This document shows positions 45,824 through 54,986 of a stretch of DNA of 64,000 nt, piece after piece. The position numbers and the translations under genes were made by a program. Every line of letters begins with the position of its first letter. The first letter of the stretch is position 1. Source of the stretch: a virus; IMG/VR virus record IMGVR_UViG_3300037294_000176, positions 7,399-71,398 of that record; one strand, given 5' to 3'. The notes below the pieces were generated by a model. It was given only the letters and a program-made list of their open reading frames with translations, did no database searches and was not told where the DNA came from.

Positions 45824-46282
45824 ATGCAAGTGTATAATACCGTACAAGAGATGAGAGTCGACAGCATCGATCCTTTGCTGTCCGAGTACATGTATGCTAT
45901 AATGACGTATTTTCCAGGGCAAGAGTTGGAAGAGTTTGACGCTGCTCTTGGAGGTCAAGTCCACATTGTAGAAACTAACGAGGACCTGCGCCAAATTGCT
46001 CTTCCACAAGAGAGCACTCTGCCACTAGAGAACCGACCAAGTCACGGCTGGTCAACTCCGCTAGAGAGTGCAACAGGTACAGATCAGGCTGCTTATCTCT
46101 ACGGCAGCCAGTGGATGATTATCTGGACAGCTTGGAATGACTCAGGAGGTCCAACTTTTTTCATCCCTAAGGCTGTTTTTGATACTGTTCCTAACCTTGA
46201 CGCAATTGTCAAACTAAGCAGTTCCTCGAACAATGACACGTTTAGTCGCTTTCCGGGAGATGAAAATGTTAGTGAAGCGTAG
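45824..46282 (+). CDS. hypothetical protein
   Basis: 152 aa, acidic; WNDSGG motif. Confidence 0.6.
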   Translation: MQVYNTVQEMRVDSIDPLLSEYMYAIMTYFPGQELEEFDAALGGQVHIVETNEDLRQIALPQESTLPLENRPSHGWSTPLESATGTDQAAYLYGSQWMIIWTAWNDSGGPTFFIPKAVFDTVPNLDAIVKLSSSSNNDTFSRFPGDENVSEA

Positions 46283-46457
46283 CTCAATCCTTACTGGCGT
46301 TGAGCGAGAAATAGAGCTTGACATAACAGAAGAAAGACTAACGGCTTACTGTAAAGGTCAGCTGGGCCTAATTCAAACAGCATTTCCACATCTAACTGAC
46401 AATGAACGAGAGTTCATAATGACAGGTATCACACAAGACGAATGGGAGAAAATGTGA
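46266..46457 (+). CDS. small hypothetical phage protein
   Basis: ATG at 46266; LIQxAFPHLxxxEREFIMTGITxxEW pattern. Confidence 0.65.
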   Translation: MLVKRSSILTGVEREIELDITEERLTAYCKGQLGLIQTAFPHLTDNEREFIMTGITQDEWEKM

Positions 46458-46828
46458 GCAACTCTAACAACCAATACACGTCAGCTACAAATAAAGGGTC
46501 TATAAAGGAGTGTATGGCAGAAGATAGAATGAAAAATACTTTTATTTTGCTAGGTTCTGACGTTTACATTCCTTACTCAGAAGTTGTATTAGAGGCTCTC
46601 ACAAGCAGCTATATCTTAGAGTCAGCTTATAACGTTGATTACGACTCTCTGCTTATCATTACAAGTAGAAGACCTTCTGTCAAGGTAATGAACAAAGACG
46701 TGATTACCCCGAAGTACGCAACTCCAGAAGCAGTTGCAAAACACAATAAAGCGCAGCTCAATCGAATGGAAGCAGACCTTGAGCAGTTGCAAAAAGATAT
46801 CGAACTTGCGCGTGAAGCAGTAGCGTAG
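46442..46828 (+). CDS. hypothetical protein
   Basis: ORF with C-terminal coiled coil; start uncertain. Confidence 0.5.
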   Translation: MGENVSNSNNQYTSATNKGSIKECMAEDRMKNTFILLGSDVYIPYSEVVLEALTSSYILESAYNVDYDSLLIITSRRPSVKVMNKDVITPKYATPEAVAKHNKAQLNRMEADLEQLQKDIELAREAVA

Positions 46829-46841
46829 TTCTAGTTCAACA

Positions 46842-46859
46842 ACCCCGTTAACTTAACCC
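46842..46859 (+). promoter_or_regulatory. motif A copy 3, upstream of SSB/replication block
   Basis: accccgttaacttaaccc. Confidence 0.7.
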
Positions 46860-46901
46860 TCTTGTTGAGGTTAACACAAGTTCTAACCAACAGGTAATTA
46901 A

Positions 46902-47489
46902 ATGGCTATCATTAAAGACGCAGAAATCTGGTTTCTAAAGGCTGACCCTAAGCGCCCAAACAAGCGCTTTAACAAGGCAAATCCCACTTGGGAAGTGCAA
47001 CTTCGAACAACCGATATCGCTCAAAAGAAAGTGTGGGAATCTCAACACCTCCAGCCGAAGCCTATTACAGACGAGGAAACTGGAACGCGACTGTACTGGA
47101 AAGTTAACCTCCGTCGCAAATCTGTGAAAGAAGACGGTACTGCAAGTACTGTGCCAGAGGTTAAAGACGGTGACCTTGAACCAGTAGATCCTAACACAGT
47201 CGGTAACGGATCGGTGGCTAACATCCAAGTCTTCCAATACGAGTACGATCTGGAGACTGGAGGCAAAGGTATTGCTAACGTGTTTATGGGTCTCCAGCTC
47301 ATTAAGCATGTCGTGTACAAGCCTAAACCACGTGAAGATGAGTTCAAGCAAATCAAAACTGAACGAGTCGAGGCTGAGAGTACTAGCGAAGAAGATGAGA
47401 TGGAAAGTGGTGACGATGACAACACTGTTGTTGAATCAGAAGCTCCCAAAACATCAAGCGTCGGTGTACCTAAAATCACGGGCTTTTAA
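46902..47489 (+). CDS. single-stranded DNA-binding protein (T7 gp2.5-like)
   Basis: VGNGSVANI...GLQLIK; acidic C-terminal tail ending in F. Confidence 0.75.
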   Translation: MAIIKDAEIWFLKADPKRPNKRFNKANPTWEVQLRTTDIAQKKVWESQHLQPKPITDEETGTRLYWKVNLRRKSVKEDGTASTVPEVKDGDLEPVDPNTVGNGSVANIQVFQYEYDLETGGKGIANVFMGLQLIKHVVYKPKPREDEFKQIKTERVEAESTSEEDEMESGDDDNTVVESEAPKTSSVGVPKITGF

Positions 47490-47496
47490 TTGAAAC

Positions 47497-47528
47497 AAAG
47501 GGCTACTCTGAAATACGGGTAGCCCTTT
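47497..47528 (+). terminator. intrinsic terminator after SSB
   Basis: AAAGGGCTAC...GTAGCCCTTT. Confidence 0.7.
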
Positions 47529-47542
47529 AAATCGAGGTACAG

Positions 47543-48244
47543 ATGTTTATCTACGAAAAGTACATTGGAAGCGTTCGTGCTGACACCGAGATAAGAATTC
47601 GTTACGTTAACTACGTAGAGTTTTTAGAGCAGTCAGCAGACCACAGCATTTCTGTTAGTGAAGGCACGGGCGACAGACTACCAGTTGCCTCAATCCAAAC
47701 TAGACAAGACCTTCTTAAGTGGCTAGTAAATCACCCTAGTGAAGTACTTTCAATGATGGGGAAACCTTCGCCTCACTCAGCGTTAGAGATTGAGCTAGCG
47801 ACTTACCTGAACAAGTCAAAAGGGAAAGAGCTGGTAGACAAGAACCTAAAAACAGCAGCAGCTGTAGGTAAGCCAGGTATTAGCGCAGTTCCTGTTATTG
47901 CGTTTGTGGCTCTCGGTGAAGCGATGGCTGACGGTGCTAAGAAGTATGGTGCCTTCAACTGGAGGGACACAGGAGTGACTGCAAGTGTGTTTGAAGAAGC
48001 AATCTTCAGGCACTTTATGGATTACTTCGGAAACAGGAACGACTATGCTAAAGACAGCGGCATTCACCATCTTGCTCACCTTATGGCGTCTTGTGCCATT
48101 CTTTTAGACGCACAGGTCTATGGCATGCTAAATGATGATCGCGATAACGTAGATCAAGAAATCGACATCTACAAAATGGTCGAGACAATTAGGAACTATC
48201 AATGTCGAGATACTGCTATGACGTCGAAACAGACGGTCTCCTAA
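47543..48244 (+). CDS. dATP/dGTP diphosphohydrolase domain protein (DUF5664-like)
   Basis: GKP..S.VP...GAKKYGAFNWR...RH....D.DSGIHHLAH..ILLDA. Confidence 0.85.
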   Translation: MFIYEKYIGSVRADTEIRIRYVNYVEFLEQSADHSISVSEGTGDRLPVASIQTRQDLLKWLVNHPSEVLSMMGKPSPHSALEIELATYLNKSKGKELVDKNLKTAAAVGKPGISAVPVIAFVALGEAMADGAKKYGAFNWRDTGVTASVFEEAIFRHFMDYFGNRNDYAKDSGIHHLAHLMASCAILLDAQVYGMLNDDRDNVDQEIDIYKMVETIRNYQCRDTAMTSKQTVS

Positions 48245-50238
48245 AAACTGCTTCAAGGATGCATATCTTGTATCTTGAGGACCTTGATACAGGAGAAATG
48301 GAGTACTTCCTAGAAGGCGACCTTCGTTGGCAACAAAAGTTAGATAACGCCACACTACTCGTAGGTCACAAAATAGCTGACTTTGATAACATGATTCTCA
48401 GAAAGCTATTCAACTACAAGATTCCAAAAGCTTGCTCAATGGTTGACACGCTGATTTTGTCCAGGGTTTTAAACTACCGTAGGTTCGGAGACCAAGGTCA
48501 CGGTCTTCATCTGTGGGGCGACTACTTTGGTTTTCCAAAAGGGGACCACACCGACTGGACTCAGTATTCTGAAGAGATGCGTGTTTACTGTAAGCGAGAT
48601 GTTAATCTAAATGTGAAAGTCTATAATCATCTCTGGCAAGAATTCCTTGAGGCGTATGAAACTGAGCCTATGATTGCTGATTACATCCGTGCTGAGCATG
48701 CTCTAGCTACTTGGTGTGGACTGGCTGAGCTTTACGGATGGCCTTTTGACAAGCCAGCTGCAATTGAGTTGAGTGCGGCGCTAGAAGCCGAGATGCAGAA
48801 GGCGTATGACGAGCTAGTCCCTCAGCTAGGCAAGAAAGCTGTCGCCCTAGATAAAGATGGGGGTGTAGTTGTACCTAAGCGGATGCAGTACACTATGAAA
48901 GGTCTGTACTACGCCCACATGGCTGATTACTTTGAAGTAGACCCTTACGAAGGCATGCTTGAGCCTGAAGAGCGTGAGTTTAACTTTGTAGGTGAGTTTT
49001 GTAGAGTTCAATTCAAAGACTTAAGTCTTGATTCGCATGACGACGTTAAACTCTTTCTTTTGAGAAACGGTTGGGCCCCTACAGAGTACAATTACAAAAA
49101 GGATCCTAAGACCAAGCGAAAGACAAAAGAAAAAAGCTCGCCAAAAATCACTGAAGACAGCCTTGACATGCTAGGCCCTAAAGGTGCTTTGTATCCTGAG
49201 TTCCTTACTGCCAAGTCTAGGTTTAGTATCTTAAAGACCTGGATTGAAGAGACTGATTCAGACGGCATGCTTCACGGTGATTGTATTACAATTGGTACGC
49301 CGTCTATGAGAGCTACCCATAAGACTATTGTTAACGTGCCTTCATCAGACAGTCCTTGGGGGCGAGAGATGAGAAGCTTGTTCAAGAGTCTTCCTGGTTG
49401 GACTCTCATCGGTTGCGACTCGTCTGGTAATCAGGCCAGAGGTCTTGCCTATTTTCTAGGCGATGAAGAGTTCATCGACGTACTCGTCAACGGTGATGTT
49501 CACGCTTTTAATGCAAAACTTTTAGACGAGAGCTTGGCAAGAATGGGTCATGACTGGACCGAGTATGTCGTGAGGAACAATAAGTTTCAGCTCAAAGGTA
49601 AACTTCAAAGGTGGCTCGACAACCATGGTTTCACTAAGAGGCAGTATGTTGAGTCGAGGTTAAAGGCTAACCGACAAGGGGCTCGAATTTGGGCAGAGAA
49701 ATCAGTGTTTGCAGTCAAAAGGGCAGCAGCTAAACGTATTCTGTATGCCTTCCTTTTTGGAGCAGCAGGCCCTAAACTCTGGTCGTACATCTATGGAACA
49801 ACTGACGTTGAAAACGGACGAGAACTCAAGTCTAAGTTTACTCAAGCTGTTCCAGGATTTGAAGAGCTTCTGGAACGGTTGTCTAAAATTTACAAAAAGA
49901 CAAGCAAAGTTGGTGATGGATATATTCCCGGTATTGCCGGTAACCGTATTTACGTAGACAGCACTCACAAGCTTTTAGTCTATCTGCTCCAGTCTACAGA
50001 AAAGGCAACATGTTCAGCCGCGCTCATGTTAACTATGGAACGACTGGATGAAAAAGGTATTCCTTTTAGGCCATGTATTATGATGCATGATGAGATTGAT
50101 TTCCTCGTTCCTGATGAGCATGCTGAAGCAGCTATGGCAATCGGTAAAAAAGCTTTTGAAGACGGTCCTAAGCTCTTCGGGATTAATTTTATGAGTGGCT
50201 CAGGCAAATCTGGTCAAACATGGTATGATGTGCACTAA
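48202..50238 (+). CDS. family A DNA polymerase (T7-like) with 3'-5' exonuclease
   Basis: ExoI DVETDG, ExoII H...FD, ExoIII YCKRDV; motif A DSSGNQAR, motif B RAAAKRILYAFLFG, motif C HDE. Confidence 0.95.
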   Translation: MSRYCYDVETDGLLKTASRMHILYLEDLDTGEMEYFLEGDLRWQQKLDNATLLVGHKIADFDNMILRKLFNYKIPKACSMVDTLILSRVLNYRRFGDQGHGLHLWGDYFGFPKGDHTDWTQYSEEMRVYCKRDVNLNVKVYNHLWQEFLEAYETEPMIADYIRAEHALATWCGLAELYGWPFDKPAAIELSAALEAEMQKAYDELVPQLGKKAVALDKDGGVVVPKRMQYTMKGLYYAHMADYFEVDPYEGMLEPEEREFNFVGEFCRVQFKDLSLDSHDDVKLFLLRNGWAPTEYNYKKDPKTKRKTKEKSSPKITEDSLDMLGPKGALYPEFLTAKSRFSILKTWIEETDSDGMLHGDCITIGTPSMRATHKTIVNVPSSDSPWGREMRSLFKSLPGWTLIGCDSSGNQARGLAYFLGDEEFIDVLVNGDVHAFNAKLLDESLARMGHDWTEYVVRNNKFQLKGKLQRWLDNHGFTKRQYVESRLKANRQGARIWAEKSVFAVKRAAAKRILYAFLFGAAGPKLWSYIYGTTDVENGRELKSKFTQAVPGFEELLERLSKIYKKTSKVGDGYIPGIAGNRIYVDSTHKLLVYLLQSTEKATCSAALMLTMERLDEKGIPFRPCIMMHDEIDFLVPDEHAEAAMAIGKKAFEDGPKLFGINFMSGSGKSGQTWYDVH

Positions 50239-50468
50239 TGACAAACTATAGACTATCTAAAGGCGTGTTTATTCCTGAACGCTCCTCTGTAAAATATGAA
50301 AAGTCAGACACGAGTCACGAACCAACGGCGTCTATTCTTCTTGCACATCCAAGGAGTAACAGTATCGAGGTAACAATGAGTTGGAAAGACGCACTTCTGC
50401 ATGGTTTCATTGAACCGTGTCACACAGAAGATGGTCGTAGAGGAGAAATAGGCTATGACATCTTCTAA
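50238..50468 (+). CDS. hypothetical protein
   Basis: TAATG coupling with the polymerase gene. Confidence 0.55.
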   Translation: MTNYRLSKGVFIPERSSVKYEKSDTSHEPTASILLAHPRSNSIEVTMSWKDALLHGFIEPCHTEDGRRGEIGYDIF

Positions 50469-50590
50469 GGGTTACAAGTGGAAAGTCTTTGACGCTTGGT
50501 GGGCTCCACAGTTTGCAATTGGCTGGCAAGTACAAAATGATGCCTGTCGTATCTACCTTGGCTTTTACTGTGTAGAGTTGGAAAAGATAG

Positions 50591-51151
50591 TTGGCTGACG
50601 TCTGGGAAACAGAAAACGTATTGAGTGAGAACCTTATTAGCGAGCTCGACAGAATTGCTCGTATCTCAAGGTACTTAGCGATACCTCAGGGTGGCGGTAT
50701 GTGTTTGTACGGGGCTAAAGTTCCTACTTACATTGACTGCTACCTGAGTGAAGCGATGGAAGAGGCATCTAATACTCGCCTCAAACCTATCATTTCTTTC
50801 TTACGTCTGAATAGTGCCAATCATGACACTGAGTTTCGTGTTCATTCTGACACTGTCATTTTGGGGCAGTTGCCCACTCACGCATCCGTGTTTTACTTAG
50901 AAACATCTAAAGACAGCGGTACAGCATTCTTTGAGCACCCGGTTCACGGTTGCAAAGACCCTTCTAAGTCACTAATCTTCACACAGGATGATGGCCTTTG
51001 GGTGCCCTACAAGAAATATAACGCTAAGAGAAACTCACTCTTGACTTATCGTTCCGAATTGTTTCATGGAAGGTTCCCATGGAAGGCAAGGGGAAACAGT
51101 CGCAAAGATGGTAGAATTGTTATTGTAAAGTTCATGGAGCAAGCACTATGA
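50591..51151 (+). CDS. 2OG-Fe(II) oxygenase-like protein
   Basis: FRVHSD (HxD), SGTAFFEH, LFHGR distal His, C-terminal R..V.F. Confidence 0.7.
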   Translation: MADVWETENVLSENLISELDRIARISRYLAIPQGGGMCLYGAKVPTYIDCYLSEAMEEASNTRLKPIISFLRLNSANHDTEFRVHSDTVILGQLPTHASVFYLETSKDSGTAFFEHPVHGCKDPSKSLIFTQDDGLWVPYKKYNAKRNSLLTYRSELFHGRFPWKARGNSRKDGRIVIVKFMEQAL

Positions 51152-51339
51152 CACACGAATTCAGAATACAAAAGGAAAATACAAACACATTGTATCGCTT
51201 GCAACCCTCAGAAGATGGTTACGAAATGGTCACCCTAAACGGTGACACAGATGAGGTGTTAGCAACTAATAAAATTGACGTCTCAACAGAAGAAGAGGCG
51301 TTGATCATCTTTAACAGCTTCGAGAGCACAATCACATGA
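51148..51339 (+). CDS. hypothetical protein
   Basis: ATGA coupling on both sides. Confidence 0.55.
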   Translation: MTHEFRIQKENTNTLYRLQPSEDGYEMVTLNGDTDEVLATNKIDVSTEEEALIIFNSFESTIT

Positions 51340-51623
51340 TGACAAGAGAGCAGCTAGTCTATCTGTGTATAGCAGAAGAGCTTGGCGAAGTTGCTAAAGA
51401 GTTTTCTAAAGCAATCCGCTTTGGGCTACACGACACGGCGCATGAAGGTCGTAGTAACCTAGCACGTATTAACGAGGAGTGGTCTCAAGTCAATGCCTTG
51501 CTCGACATTTTGTCGTCAGAGTATGGCGTAACGCTCGAAGTATCAGAATTCGAGAAAGAGAAAAAGTACGCCAGATTTGAACAGTACTACGCTTACTCTC
51601 AAGGAGCAGGCCGGGTATGTTAG
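51336..51623 (+). CDS. MazG-like NTP pyrophosphohydrolase domain protein
   Basis: AEELGEVAK..SKAIRFG...INEEW helix pattern; the second acidic motif is imperfect. Confidence 0.6.
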   Translation: MMTREQLVYLCIAEELGEVAKEFSKAIRFGLHDTAHEGRSNLARINEEWSQVNALLDILSSEYGVTLEVSEFEKEKKYARFEQYYAYSQGAGRVC

Positions 51624-52462
51624 CAATCATAGACGGCGACGTGCTGGCCTATCAAGCATGTAAAACGCGATGGGGTAACTCTGTCCACCAGCAAGGTTCT
51701 GACATTCGTGTCATTCCTGTTGACCCAGACGGAAATAAGATTATTCCAGAGTTTAGTAGAGAAGAGGACACAGAGTACCGTCAAGAGTGTTGGAGAAACT
51801 TTAACCAAGACTTAGACAGACTACTCAATAAGCTCTACTGCACTGACTATATTATGGCAGTAAAAGGTCAAGGAGACTTCCGAAAAATACTCTACCCTGA
51901 GTACAAGATGAACAGACACAAACCAGATGCGCCACACCGCTATCTTAATGACTTTGTTCCGTCTATTCGAAAGCTCGCTATCTTTGAGAATCTTGCAATT
52001 GCAGCCAATGACTGTGAAGCTGATGACCTTATTCGAATCTGGGCAGAAGAAGCAAGGGCGTATAATCAAGAGTACATTGTTTGTTCTATTGATAAAGACT
52101 TGAGATGCATTCCTGGACGTCACTATGTTATGCACTACGATCCTAGTAAACAACGGATTTTGAATATAACAGAAGACGCAGCAAAGCGTTTCTACTACGA
52201 GCAACTCCTTAAAGGAGATCCTACGGACAACATACCTGGAGTGCCACGAGTGGGCGAGGTAAAAGCTGCAAAGCTGTTGGCTGAGTGCGAAACCGAAGAA
52301 CAAATGCAAGAGACTGTTGTAGAACAGTATCTCTTAGCTTACGGTCCTGACGAGTGGTACCATCACTTTCTTATCAACGGAAAGCTTATCCATCTTCAGA
52401 CGCATTACAACGACTACTTTGAATGCCAAAAAGACTGGCCAATCATCAAAGAACTGTTGTAG
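51617..52462 (+). CDS. 5'-3' exonuclease (T7 gp6/FEN-like)
   Basis: IIDGDVLAY, FRK..YPEYK.NR, EADDLI, SIDKDL, GDPTDNIPGV..VG..KA. Confidence 0.93.
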   Translation: MLAIIDGDVLAYQACKTRWGNSVHQQGSDIRVIPVDPDGNKIIPEFSREEDTEYRQECWRNFNQDLDRLLNKLYCTDYIMAVKGQGDFRKILYPEYKMNRHKPDAPHRYLNDFVPSIRKLAIFENLAIAANDCEADDLIRIWAEEARAYNQEYIVCSIDKDLRCIPGRHYVMHYDPSKQRILNITEDAAKRFYYEQLLKGDPTDNIPGVPRVGEVKAAKLLAECETEEQMQETVVEQYLLAYGPDEWYHHFLINGKLIHLQTHYNDYFECQKDWPIIKELL

Positions 52463-52471
52463 GATATTGTA

Positions 52472-52957
52472 ATGAGCTTTACCGGTACTATACCGAAATT
52501 TGACAAAGTGGTTGTATCTAAATTCCTAAACGGCCACTGGAACTTCCATAAACAAATGGGAGAACGAGGGTACGTAGGTTTCATCTATGTCATTTATGAT
52601 AAAGTTATGAACCGAGCGTATCTCGGGAAAAAGCTTTACTATGGTACCGGTCAAGTGAATAAAGGTGTTGAAAGCAACTGGCGGCGTTATATGTCGTCGT
52701 CAGAAGTACTCAAGGCTCACTTTAAGGAGAGACCTCTCAGTGAGTTTGAGTTCTATTGTGTAGAAGAATACAGAACAAAAGGGACACTTAGCTACGCTGA
52801 GAGTTGGTCTTTGTTCTATGTTGAAGCACCTACGAGTAAAATATTCTACAATACCATGATCGAAAAGGTATGTTGGAAAGTGACAGAACCTATTTCTGAG
52901 GCGCATAAGACGCGTCTGGTAGAGCTATTAGAAAGACTTGAAAATGGCGTTGGTTAA
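52472..52957 (+). CDS. GIY-YIG-like nuclease
   Basis: GFIYVI...YLGKK...ESNWRRYMSS. Confidence 0.6.
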   Translation: MSFTGTIPKFDKVVVSKFLNGHWNFHKQMGERGYVGFIYVIYDKVMNRAYLGKKLYYGTGQVNKGVESNWRRYMSSSEVLKAHFKERPLSEFEFYCVEEYRTKGTLSYAESWSLFYVEAPTSKIFYNTMIEKVCWKVTEPISEAHKTRLVELLERLENGVG

Positions 52958-53105
52958 AAATCTTATCATTGCAGCAGGGCTGTCGTTGCTGTTGGCAGCT
53001 TTTTTTATGTGGCTTCCGACTGTGACAACAGTAAGTCAGTTACTTTTGATTGCATCAATAATGCTGGCAGTAGGTGTTCTTATTGACGTAAAGGAGAAAT
53101 CTTGA
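52944..53105 (+). CDS. small two-helix membrane protein (53 aa, not in ORF track)
   Basis: ATG at 52944 to TGA overlapping the primase TTG start. Confidence 0.5.
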   Translation: MALVKNLIIAAGLSLLLAAFFMWLPTVTTVSQLLLIASIMLAVGVLIDVKEKS

Positions 53106-54982
53106 GCGCATTCAACAAAAGCAGAAACAAGAGCAAAGCACTAAGTAAGCAGCCTTGTATCAATCCAGAATGCGGTTCGAGTGATGGACGGCAGGTATAT
53201 GAAGATAACACTTCATTCTGTTTCTCCTGCAACAAATTCTTTCCTGCTATTCAAGGCGATTTTACAAAAGCTAAAACAAGGACTGAAGAGGTGCAAAAGT
53301 ATGAAGGCAAGAAATCGATTGCAGGTATTCAAAACTTAGGTTCAAGATTTCTTAAAGATAGAAAAATTAGCCTTCAAGTTTGCGAGTTCTTTGGTATTAA
53401 GGTCTCCGTAGACAATCTTACTGGTGAGATAACGACTCATTACTATCCTTACGAGAACGAAAACGCGTACAAGGTTCGTGAAGTCGCAAACAAACGCTTT
53501 TCTTGGATAGGACACTCAAAAGATCTGTTTGGGCGTGACAAGTTTAACGGTGGCGGCAAGCGAGTCATCATTGTAGAGGGCGAATTAGATGTAGGTGCCG
53601 TAGCTCAAGCGTCGCAGGACAAGTACGGTAAAATCTATCCGGTAGTTGGTCTGTCATCAGGAGTGATGCTTGAGTCTATTATTGAAAACAGAGAGTGGTT
53701 ACGTAGCTTTGAAGAGATTGTTCTGTTTTTTGACCAGGATAAAGTAGGCCAAAAGGCTCTGAAAGAAGCTCTTAAAATACTTGGCAATGACAAATGTAAG
53801 ATTGTAAAAACTTCTTACAAAGACGCTAATGAAGTTCTAATGCTGACCAATGACAGCAAGAACATCATGAACTTGATCTATGAGGCAGCCCCTTATATTC
53901 CTTCAGGAATGATCAAGAAAGAAGAAATCTGGGCGGCAATCGTTAGCAGCCAGAATCAAGTGGTTATTCCTTATCCTCCCTGTGTACAAGGTCTAAACAC
54001 TAAGCTCAAGGGCATGAAAGGTGGAGAAATTACACTCTTTATCTCTGGAACAGGCTCCGGCAAGACCACGCTTATGAAGGAAACCTCACTACACTTGATT
54101 GCTTTTCAACCTCAGCTTCAAGTAATCATTGATACGGTAAACTCTAAACTAGAGCCGGAGCAAGAAGAAGTCCACACCTTCAAAATCAAGGTTGGTGTTG
54201 TTAGTCTAGAAGAACCACCGCATGAAACCGGCAAAAAGTTTGCAGCAATGGCTCTTTGTAAGAACCTCGGAGAGGAAGAAATTCCTCTGAGTGAGCTTCG
54301 GCGTGGCTTTGACATGGTTTTTGATGATGAAGCTATTATGCTTCTTGACCATCAGGGCTCAATGAATGATACGTCTATCATTGAAAAGCTAGAGTACATG
54401 ATCTTAATGGGTTGCACTCACTTGTTTATTGACCACATCACAATTCTCGTCTCAGAAGGCGCTGAAGGTCTAACCGGCAATGAGGCTCAGGATAAGGTGA
54501 TGAATGACCTTCTGAAGCTTGTAACTAAGTACCCACATGTTTGGATTGGACTTGTGTCGCACTTACGCAAGACTCAAAATAACAAGCCGTTTGAAGCCGG
54601 TAACATGCCTACAATTGATGACATCAAGGGTTCAGGCTCTATCAAGCAAATTTCGTTTGATATTGTTGCCTTCTGCAGGGACATGACGGCTGAAGATGAG
54701 GATCAACGTAACACAATTGAGATGGCAATTCTCAAGTGTCGCAGAACAGGTCTCACTGGAACAGTTCCAGGCTCCAAGTACGACCACAAAACAGGTCGTT
54801 TGCTATATCTAAAAGACGCGGTCAACCAAGAAGCCTTTTCTCTACGCGACACTAAAACAGTTCGAGTGGAAGAAGTCGCTAAGGTTGAGCGAAAGAAGCC
54901 AAACCCAATCATCACAAACAAATCACCAATTGCTCCTGGCAACATTGTGATTACGCCTAAAGCTGCACCTAAAGGGTTTTAA
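53102..54982 (+). CDS. primase-helicase (T7 gp4-like)
   Basis: Zn finger CINPECGSSD..CFSC, TOPRIM VEGELD/FDQD, Walker A GTGSGKTT, SLEE, FIDHI, VSHLRK, GSGSIKQ. Confidence 0.95.
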   Translation: MSAFNKSRNKSKALSKQPCINPECGSSDGRQVYEDNTSFCFSCNKFFPAIQGDFTKAKTRTEEVQKYEGKKSIAGIQNLGSRFLKDRKISLQVCEFFGIKVSVDNLTGEITTHYYPYENENAYKVREVANKRFSWIGHSKDLFGRDKFNGGGKRVIIVEGELDVGAVAQASQDKYGKIYPVVGLSSGVMLESIIENREWLRSFEEIVLFFDQDKVGQKALKEALKILGNDKCKIVKTSYKDANEVLMLTNDSKNIMNLIYEAAPYIPSGMIKKEEIWAAIVSSQNQVVIPYPPCVQGLNTKLKGMKGGEITLFISGTGSGKTTLMKETSLHLIAFQPQLQVIIDTVNSKLEPEQEEVHTFKIKVGVVSLEEPPHETGKKFAAMALCKNLGEEEIPLSELRRGFDMVFDDEAIMLLDHQGSMNDTSIIEKLEYMILMGCTHLFIDHITILVSEGAEGLTGNEAQDKVMNDLLKLVTKYPHVWIGLVSHLRKTQNNKPFEAGNMPTIDDIKGSGSIKQISFDIVAFCRDMTAEDEDQRNTIEMAILKCRRTGLTGTVPGSKYDHKTGRLLYLKDAVNQEAFSLRDTKTVRVEEVAKVERKKPNPIITNKSPIAPGNIVITPKAAPKGF

Positions 54983-54986
54983 CTAA

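Noticed and set aside
47543-50238. Complete 2-aminoadenine (Z-genome) pathway
   Set aside because: No PurZ homologue in the window; DUF5664 alone is insufficient
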